Shown here: positions 34,497 to 40,674 of the stretch, in pieces
Layout: each line of letters begins with the position of its first letter
Numbering within the stretch: position 1 is the stretch's first letter
Origin: a virus
Taxonomy: Duplodnaviria; Caudoviricetes
Strand: one strand, 5' to 3'
Virus record (IMG/VR): IMGVR_UViG_3300031746_000063
Location: 1 to 40,674 of that record
DNA: 40,674 nucleotides
Program-made: the position numbers and the translations under genes
The notes under the pieces: generated by a model
Seen by the model: the letters and a program-made list of their open reading frames with translations, nothing else
Told to the model about the DNA's origin: nothing
Databases searched by the model: none

Positions 34497-35406
34497 GATT
34501 CCCGCTAACACGCCGCCGCAACACGGTTGGCTTGAACTCCAGCATATCAATATCGAACCCCGCTCCGTTTATGTTCTGAATCTCGAACTGGAAATACTGA
34601 GCCTCGACACCTTTTCCCAGGCGCACAAAATTACCGTGAAACCCGGTCTTGCCTGTGGCTTGCATGCGGTAATCTCGCACCTGCGTACCGTCCGTCGTTA
34701 GCCGCAACAACAGATTGCCGCTAGTACGATACCCAACGTACAAACGATCGACTTTCTTCAAGTGCAAAGTATTGAAGTCAAATACGGCCCCACGAAATGC
34801 CGCATCTATGTTGACACCGGCATCGGTTTCCGCACCATCCAATACGTATAGCCCGGTATCTGACGCCGCCAAATACGCACCATTAAACCTGCCGAAACTG
34901 TTAAATCGGAAGTTGCTATATGTCGTCAACCCCTGCGCTTCTGTATGCATCACAACGGCTGTGCAGTTCGCCCCCATGCCAGGGCCACCAAAGCCCACTG
35001 GTTGTATTGGGTATAGAGTTACTTCGCTGACCCCGTTATTAGAGGGGTATCCAAAACCGGAAGCAAGGACAGCAAGTAGCGTCTGTGCAGAAACTCCAAG
35101 TATTGAAGTACTGCCCGCTCCAGAAGCAATTTTACGAAGCAGCGTCTGCGCAGAAACCCCGTCGAACGCTCCTTGCCCCCGAGCAATAATACTCGGCAGC
35201 AGAACTGAAGGACTGAACGCGCCGTCAGTTACTACCCCTACAACCCCTGTACCGGCAGCAACGATATAGGGAAAGGGTACTGCTACTCCTTCCCCTGCCT
35301 GGCCCGCCGCAACGATTGCCATGCGGGAAACAGCCGCTGTTCCAGTTCGCGCAGCGGTTGTGGGTGCCGTTATAAACGGCAGGGTTAGTACAGAATCTGC
35401 AGCCAC
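34489..35406 (-). CDS. Tail/virion structural protein
   Basis: GGAG RBS with GTG start. Gly/Ala-rich N-terminal repeats (GVSAQTLL twice) and a C-terminal T.YSNF.FNSF...GLY...LGKG domain. Confidence 0.8.
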   Translation of the reverse strand: MAADSVLTLPFITAPTTAARTGTAAVSRMAIVAAGQAGEGVAVPFPYIVAAGTGVVGVVTDGAFSPSVLLPSIIARGQGAFDGVSAQTLLRKIASGAGSTSILGVSAQTLLAVLASGFGYPSNNGVSEVTLYPIQPVGFGGPGMGANCTAVVMHTEAQGLTTYSNFRFNSFGRFNGAYLAASDTGLYVLDGAETDAGVNIDAAFRGAVFDFNTLHLKKVDRLYVGYRTSGNLLLRLTTDGTQVRDYRMQATGKTGFHGNFVRLGKGVEAQYFQFEIQNINGAGFDIDMLEFKPTVLRRRVSGNHA

Positions 35407-35417
35407 CAGCTACTCCC

Positions 35418-36191
35418 TTACGCAGTAGGCAGAGTACGCGACCACGAGGAGATGGTTGTAGTTGCTGCCGCCACAATAGCTGTAGACGACAGATTCAGTT
35501 CTGCACCGCTGGTGGATATTGCTCCATCTTCGCGGCTGAACACCAAGTTAGTATCTACCGCCCCTGCGTCTGTCACACTGCCGTAAGCACGGTACCAGCC
35601 CGCAGTACCCGATGCGGCATTTACGCCGCTCCAGACTTGCGATGCGAGTTTAGAGATCACGCCCGCCGCCGCATAGCCGTACTTCACCCCGTTAACCGAA
35701 GCAACACCACCCGCCATGTTGGCATCTGTCTTGGTGATCGTAGTAACGGTAGATGCTACAACGAAAGTGTTGGGAGCAACGCCCGTACCCGGTAGCGCAG
35801 TAATCGTAATAACCGCGCCCGCCGAAGTCGCCACATATTCGGTCGTGCCCTTGAAGTTATTGATCTGCGCGGCAACATCCGCCGCCGTCTGCGTCAGGGA
35901 AGTATTGTAAGCAACTGCCCCACCAAGAACGTCAATACCATTAACCGTTATGGTATTGACTGAACCTGCAGCTCCGCCTGTCAGCGTCACTGTACCGGAC
36001 GACAGCACTTCATACGTGATGGCCCCCGAGTTGTTAGTGATCGTGCAGAGCAGTGTGCCTGTTACAGCCGCATCCGCACTGGCAGGCTGCGCTCCAGTGT
36101 AGATCTCGATGCGACCGTTATGAAACGCATCCTTGAAGGAGCCGATGCCAGCCATGAAGTTGCGAACGTACGTGCTATAGCGAAGTGCCAT
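35418..36191 (-). CDS. Virion structural protein
   Basis: AGGAG RBS. IYTGAQPASAD...GTLL...SGTAGWYR...DG pattern with an Ala/Thr/Gly-rich insertion. Confidence 0.8.
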   Translation of the reverse strand: MALRYSTYVRNFMAGIGSFKDAFHNGRIEIYTGAQPASADAAVTGTLLCTITNNSGAITYEVLSSGTVTLTGGAAGSVNTITVNGIDVLGGAVAYNTSLTQTAADVAAQINNFKGTTEYVATSAGAVITITALPGTGVAPNTFVVASTVTTITKTDANMAGGVASVNGVKYGYAAAGVISKLASQVWSGVNAASGTAGWYRAYGSVTDAGAVDTNLVFSREDGAISTSGAELNLSSTAIVAAATTTISSWSRTLPTA

Positions 36192-36200
36192 GATCGTCTC

Positions 36201-37442
36201 CTAATAAGTAGAAAGTAAAATAAGGCGGTTCGGACCAGGCTGGAAGATGGCTGCACCCTCTCCAGCCGCAGTAAATCCGTACTTAGTCCGCGTAATGTTC
36301 TTTATTTCCATTTGGGGCATTCCCACGCAAACACCTTCTGTCGTAAGCCATACCGGCAGATCTCGTGCCCCGGTAGCATTATCCGCAAACAAAGAACCGT
36401 CTACGTATTCTACTGCCCCCAAGATGGCCCCGTAACGTGTCTTAGGCACATAATGGAAGTCCTCGGCCATCGAACCTACTAAAATCCCGCAAGACTGATC
36501 TGTACCAACAAAAAAACCGCTATTCCGCCCACTATCGTACTGTTCCTTATCCTCCATAGAGGCAAGCAAAGTAATACGCCCTTGGAGCTGCAGGTAGTTT
36601 CGTAAATCGAACAGCTCGTACGCGTGGGGTTCGGACCAGTATAGCGTGTCCCCTACTCCAACAAACATACGGCTGCGATAGTACGCGACAATATGCCCTT
36701 TGGGGGGCGGGGAAAGCCACTGAGTTTTCAGATCGTACGTCAGCTCCAAGGTGTCGCCGAAATACGTAGTACTGGAAACAGCGTTGTCCACAGACCCCGC
36801 GAGGAACAGAAGATCCCCGTTAGGCGGGCTGACATAAAGATTCTGTTTTACTACAGTCGGATCAGACGATGCAGCTAACCCGAATACCAACGCGCCCCCA
36901 AGGGGTACGGTCACGTATGCAGCAAGCCCTGCACCAGACTCCTGTCCGTCGTTACGTGTGTATGTAGTTACATACTGATACTTGCCGGCTGGCAGACTCC
37001 CGCTCCCCACGGTGACACTTGGCAGCGGGGGGACTGTCAAACCCCAAGAACGAACTACACCATTTTCGTAAATACCTGTCTGCGCACCATTACCAAAGTA
37101 GACACGATCCCCAACCTGCGTGTACCACATGCGCAGGCCAATAGTAAGTCCGGTCGCAATGGCGGTACCAGCGTAGTTGGTGCCCATGCGGTATAGCGTA
37201 CTCCCTTGTACGTACAACCCAAGCAGCCCACTGGTTGATGTCCATAAAGAATGGGTGGCGGTAGCAGAAATCAAAGTGCGCCCTCCTCGGCGCGAGACTC
37301 GCCCTGAGTTGTCGATGTCTACATTAACGGCAAGCTCCAGATCCGCGAGATCGAAACGCTCTGCGGTGCGATCGTTACGCAGCCCCGAAAAGGCTTTGAA
37401 CGACACTACATCCTGGTCGCGTTCTTGGGCGGGATTTGCCAT
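36201..37442 (-). CDS. Tail tubular/nozzle-like protein
   Basis: FSGLRN...AVNVDID..G...RR.G N-terminus, LYWSEP and a beta-propeller-like body, following the adaptor gene. Confidence 0.75.
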   Translation of the reverse strand: MANPAQERDQDVVSFKAFSGLRNDRTAERFDLADLELAVNVDIDNSGRVSRRGGRTLISATATHSLWTSTSGLLGLYVQGSTLYRMGTNYAGTAIATGLTIGLRMWYTQVGDRVYFGNGAQTGIYENGVVRSWGLTVPPLPSVTVGSGSLPAGKYQYVTTYTRNDGQESGAGLAAYVTVPLGGALVFGLAASSDPTVVKQNLYVSPPNGDLLFLAGSVDNAVSSTTYFGDTLELTYDLKTQWLSPPPKGHIVAYYRSRMFVGVGDTLYWSEPHAYELFDLRNYLQLQGRITLLASMEDKEQYDSGRNSGFFVGTDQSCGILVGSMAEDFHYVPKTRYGAILGAVEYVDGSLFADNATGARDLPVWLTTEGVCVGMPQMEIKNITRTKYGFTAAGEGAAIFQPGPNRLILLSTY

Positions 37443-38201
37443 CTACCGCTCCCAAGAAAAACCCGCCATACCAAAGCGGTAGTTCACATTGGTAAATATC
37501 TTCCGCTTCGTTTCTGTTATAGCGTTCTTCACGGCGAGATCAAAAGCTGTCTTGTGTTTATCCGCCGTGGTTGCAGCCCCGGCATCAGCGTCGAACCCAC
37601 TTAACGCCCGGTATGCGGCCCAATGCAAAGGGTCCAACTCGTAATCCTCGGGGATCTCGGTTTCATCATTCAGCGCATCTATAGTGTAATCACAATTCGG
37701 CAACCGAATCACGCGCATGTAAATAATCTTCCCGTTCGATGCGGCGTCCGGCAACGGGTACGTGCTGTACGTGACGCCCCCCTGGCGGTTGTACACCAAT
37801 GTCTCGTCCGTGTAATACGCGATCGGCGGGCCGGGGGTCACGTTGAAGTTCGCCGTAGGGTCGAACGTTAACAACTCTGGCGGGGTGATATTCAGCAGGG
37901 GGCCGTGCCCGCTACGTTGCAGATCCCACGTATTGGTGTCGAAGCGAGCGGAGAGTACACTCAATACTGTCGGGTGCAAGGGGTATGTTTGTACGCCTGT
38001 ACGCAACTGAATCTGGCAAATTTCTGGCGTGGTCGAGTCATGAATCAGCAGTGTTTGGCGAGCGAAGCGACGTTCCCCATCTTTGATATACCGCAGAAGA
38101 GAATCGTCGCTCCAAAACGAATCAGAATCCCCGGCTACTAGATCGCTACGATCACGCAGCAGGTTATTCCGAAGTTCGTCTAGTTTCTCGCCAAGATTCA
38201 T
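37443..38201 (-). CDS. Head-tail adaptor (connector) protein
   Basis: LRD...WSD..L.RYI..G...FAR, EIPE.Y...L.WAAYRAL...D pattern. Confidence 0.75.
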   Translation of the reverse strand: MNLGEKLDELRNNLLRDRSDLVAGDSDSFWSDDSLLRYIKDGERRFARQTLLIHDSTTPEICQIQLRTGVQTYPLHPTVLSVLSARFDTNTWDLQRSGHGPLLNITPPELLTFDPTANFNVTPGPPIAYYTDETLVYNRQGGVTYSTYPLPDAASNGKIIYMRVIRLPNCDYTIDALNDETEIPEDYELDPLHWAAYRALSGFDADAGAATTADKHKTAFDLAVKNAITETKRKIFTNVNYRFGMAGFSWER

Positions 38202-38527
38202 GCCGGACGAGACGTAGTGATCACACGATACGGGAAGCGAAGCCGATCGCGGTAGTGCGTCACGCGTTTACCGCTATCGACAACAGGCACGGACATTACA
38301 GCGGAGTCCAGAATGTTAACAATGGACATCGGTACGTCGGCTTCCTCACCTGGGCGAAGCACATACCCCTTGCCTTGTGCACCGAAGAACTGCCCGGTCG
38401 GGGGAATGCCGTCATTCTCTTCAAGCAAGATACGCACGCGCCGTTCTCCCACTACTGGCAAATCACCCGGCGCTTCGTCGGCATCCGTGTTCAGGTTTGA
38501 TGCGAGTTTATCTATTGCTGTGCTCAT
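38198..38527 (-). CDS. Conserved head-region hypothetical protein
   Basis: GAGGAG RBS. RVRI...F.G..G..Y...PG....VP...L...RFPY. Confidence 0.75.
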   Translation of the reverse strand: MSTAIDKLASNLNTDADEAPGDLPVVGERRVRILLEENDGIPPTGQFFGAQGKGYVLRPGEEADVPMSIVNILDSAVMSVPVVDSGKRVTHYRDRLRFPYRVITTSRPA

Positions 38528-38531
38528 GGGG

Positions 38532-38786
38532 CTACTCCTCGGTTGATGCCTGCTTAAACCCTTCCGTATATTCGGTGTCCGCGTCAGGCGGCGGCTTCAA
38601 AGAATCCAGATGTTCACTGATAAATGCTACCACTTCGGCTGCAGTGGTGAATGCGTATCCTTTCCACGGAGACTCGTAGGACGACTTCGGCTTTTGGTTG
38701 GCTGCCATGATCTTTGGATCACAGATCTCGACCTCATACCCATTTTCGAGTTTCTCAACCCGCAACACATCTTCGCCGCCGCCCAT
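38532..38786 (-). CDS. Hypothetical acidic protein
   Basis: An AGGAG RBS favours ATG 38786 over 38807. VEKLENGYEV motif. Confidence 0.7.
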   Translation of the reverse strand: MGGGEDVLRVEKLENGYEVEICDPKIMAANQKPKSSYESPWKGYAFTTAAEVVAFISEHLDSLKPPPDADTEYTEGFKQASTEE

Positions 38787-38814
38787 AGAAAGTACTCCTG
38801 ATGACATGGCGAGC

Positions 38815-38836
38815 AGAAGGGGCCGAAGCCCCTTCT
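38815..38836 (-). terminator. Terminator-like hairpin with C(UUCG)G tetraloop after the capsid genes
   Basis: AGAAGGGGC-TTCG-GCCCCTTCT on the - strand. Confidence 0.75.
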
Positions 38837-38849
38837 ATTCTTGGCTGAA

Positions 38850-39263
38850 TTAGCCGATTGCCAGTACGGAAAACTGCTTGCTCGCCACCATCAAAGCGGC
38901 AGGCACCGAGAAGCCCATCACATACTGGATGCCTCCGGTAGCAGGCTTCAGTACGAGCGTATTGTCCGGCATGATGACAGACAGGGCGACGGATACGGCT
39001 GTGTTGTTTTCGAGCGTGATGCCGCCCGAAGAAACCAACGTCATCGTGCCGGCAGCGACATGATGCAGAGCCGCATCTGCTGCTTGCCCCGCAAAGTATT
39101 CATCGACGATACGATCGGTCAGATTGGCGAACTTCACGAATCGCGGAACAAACCCGCAGTGAAGGTACGTTTTGACAGCAGCGGTCGCGTCCGTAGTGAA
39201 CGTGAAACACACTGCGTTGGCGATTCCCATTGCTTGGGATACTGCATTTGCGCTCAAGGCCAT
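38850..39263 (-). CDS. Putative capsid decoration/minor capsid protein
   Basis: Directly downstream of the MCP with the same RBS context. CGFVPRFV motif, small and beta-rich. Confidence 0.65.
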   Translation of the reverse strand: MALSANAVSQAMGIANAVCFTFTTDATAAVKTYLHCGFVPRFVKFANLTDRIVDEYFAGQAADAALHHVAAGTMTLVSSGGITLENNTAVSVALSVIMPDNTLVLKPATGGIQYVMGFSVPAALMVASKQFSVLAIG

Positions 39264-39303
39264 GATAGTACTCCTGAATGAAAGGGGGGGATAAAGGCGG
39301 GGG

Positions 39304-40353
39304 TTACGCTGTAGCCGCTACTTCGGCACGAGCCATCCACGCATCGTTCAGGATCACTGCGGCCTGATACGCCTTCCAGCCCACGGTGCCGCGTTGCGCC
39401 AGCGGATCACCAGGAGCCGGTTTCGGATTGACAACCATCGGGGTCAAGGAGTCCTTGCCCTTCAGCGGCACGATGCCGTACGCATCCCGCCCAACGTACA
39501 GGATCGGGTACACATCCGACGAAGTACCGGTTGTGGAGCGCATCGTAACTCCGGACCCGGCCTTGGTCCCGCCGACATCTGTAAACGGCAGGAACACCGT
39601 CGAGGACAAGTAGCGAACGCGTTCGACGGCGCCGATTTCATTTTCCCACGGTGTGACGGTGCCGTATTGTTTCGTCGGAATGAAACCGGACATCTTGCGG
39701 ATATCGGTTTCCAGATCCGGATGCACCAGGCCGATATACGCGGCTTCGATCGGCTCCGTACGAAAGTCCGGGGTCGATTTCACGATTTGGGTGATGAACT
39801 TGGCATTCTGGCGGTTCAGCCCTGTCGTCACTTGACGCTGCAAGTCCAGCGAGATCGGGGTATTCACCGACGTACGCACGCCGCCGTTGGACCAGAACAC
39901 ATTGGTACCGGCTTTCAAGACATTGAAGCGAATGGCTTCGATGGTTTGCGCTGCCTGCTCGCCGAGTACTTCCGTCATCTGCTGGAGCACGCGATCTTCG
40001 TGGGTGTCCATGATGACATCGGTGATCGTTGCGAAGTCGCCGTACTGCGCAAGCGTAACGGTGTAGTCCTGGTTGGTCAAGCTGCGACCGGCAGGGGTCA
40101 CACCTTCAGCCAGTGGTGCGAGTGCCAGCGGGATACCCCAGGCGTTCGCGGCGTTACCGTCGGCGGCACCGCCCGTCGAGCCCGTCAGAAAGTAACGACG
40201 GAACTTGGCGACTTTGGTGGAATTCGAGGGGATGGGATATGTCTGACCGAATTTCTCGATCACCAGATACGGCATTCCCCGCTTCAGCAGTTGGGTGACA
40301 GCATAAGCGGCGGTACGGGGCGAGATGTCGCCATATTGTGTTACTGCGGCCAT
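39304..40353 (-). CDS. Major capsid protein, N4-gp56-like family
   Basis: KFGQ..PIP...KFRRY, L.EGVTP, LAQYG, HPD...D, Y...ENEIG, DPLAQRG.VGWK motifs. Confidence 0.93.
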   Translation of the reverse strand: MAAVTQYGDISPRTAAYAVTQLLKRGMPYLVIEKFGQTYPIPSNSTKVAKFRRYFLTGSTGGAADGNAANAWGIPLALAPLAEGVTPAGRSLTNQDYTVTLAQYGDFATITDVIMDTHEDRVLQQMTEVLGEQAAQTIEAIRFNVLKAGTNVFWSNGGVRTSVNTPISLDLQRQVTTGLNRQNAKFITQIVKSTPDFRTEPIEAAYIGLVHPDLETDIRKMSGFIPTKQYGTVTPWENEIGAVERVRYLSSTVFLPFTDVGGTKAGSGVTMRSTTGTSSDVYPILYVGRDAYGIVPLKGKDSLTPMVVNPKPAPGDPLAQRGTVGWKAYQAAVILNDAWMARAEVAATA

Positions 40354-40475
40354 GATAGTACTCCTTGGAAAGTAAAGTTGACCTGAGTCTGGTTTGCTTT
40401 ACACGGAATCCACTGCCCGGCTTTTTTCGGCGTGTGACTGCATGTGCGACAGCTTGCGTGGGACAGATTCTACTT

Positions 40476-40673
40476 CTATGCAACTACCGAAGCAAGTATC
40501 GACGGATTGAAGCTGCTGATCCCGTTGACATACACAACGTTCGGTACGACACCAACATCGTCCAGGGGTGTCGTGCCCCCGACAAAGTTACCAGCGCCGG
40601 TCGGATTGACAATGATCATGCCCATCCACGCTTTGTTGGTTGGAAATGTGGGGAAAACAACGGCACCGATCGT
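40476..40673 (-). CDS. 3' end of a head-region protein (truncated by the window edge)
   Basis: Open frame ...VVFPTFPTNKAWMGMIIVNPTGAGNFVGGTTPLDD...VVA-stop. Confidence 0.65.
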   Translation of the reverse strand, partial: TIGAVVFPTFPTNKAWMGMIIVNPTGAGNFVGGTTPLDDVGVVPNVVYVNGISSFNPSILASVVA

Positions 40674-40674
40674 C

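Larger units (their letters stand above)
1..40674. mobile_element. Tailed dsDNA bacteriophage genome segment (podovirus-like), replication arm and virion/lysis arm convergent at about 16.9 kb
   Basis: Dense overlapping genes with ATGA junctions. PolA, primase-helicase, major capsid, ejection-type proteins, endolysin and spanins are present. No tape-measure or sheath gene and no host housekeeping genes are seen. Confidence 0.95.

Noticed and set aside
39264-39306. Stop-codon readthrough fusing the MCP to the downstream gene
   Set aside because: The 40-nt spacer puts the genes out of frame, the downstream gene has its own strong RBS, and no slippery site was seen before the MCP stop.
39394-40386. 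330-aa + strand ORF
   Set aside because: Antisense shadow of the major capsid gene, with no RBS or recognisable motifs.
1-40674. tRNA, rRNA, integrase, terminase or portal genes
   Set aside because: None was recognised. Intergenic gaps are too short or lack cloverleaf motifs, and packaging genes probably lie beyond the right edge.

Overview
The window is roughly 40 kb of a tailed dsDNA phage genome, most likely podovirus-like, infecting a Gram-negative host. It has two convergent arms. The + strand arm (1-16893) carries HNH nucleases, a family A DNA polymerase, a Cas4-like exonuclease, an RMF-like protein, VRR-NUC, ParB, an SNF2 helicase, a DEDD exonuclease, an SSB-like protein and a primase-helicase. 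It ends in an array of small accessory genes built from shared DNA/peptide boxes. The - strand arm (40674-16955) carries an N4-gp56-like major capsid protein, adaptor/tail proteins, three internal virion proteins (one a 2232-aa polyvalent protein with ART-like and metallopeptidase-like domains), two tail-region proteins with five tandem beta-sandwich+dockerin modules, and a holin/M15 endolysin/Rz-Rz1 lysis cassette. The two most striking items are (i) the dockerin-module tail proteins, which resemble a bacterial secreted-protein C-terminal module, and (ii) the accessory array at 14183-16893, whose gene junctions carry a (CCACAGG)n repeat whose copy number decides whether neighbouring genes are separate or fused. 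No integrase, terminase, portal, tRNA or CRISPR array was seen. All family assignments come from motif recognition by eye, not database searches.
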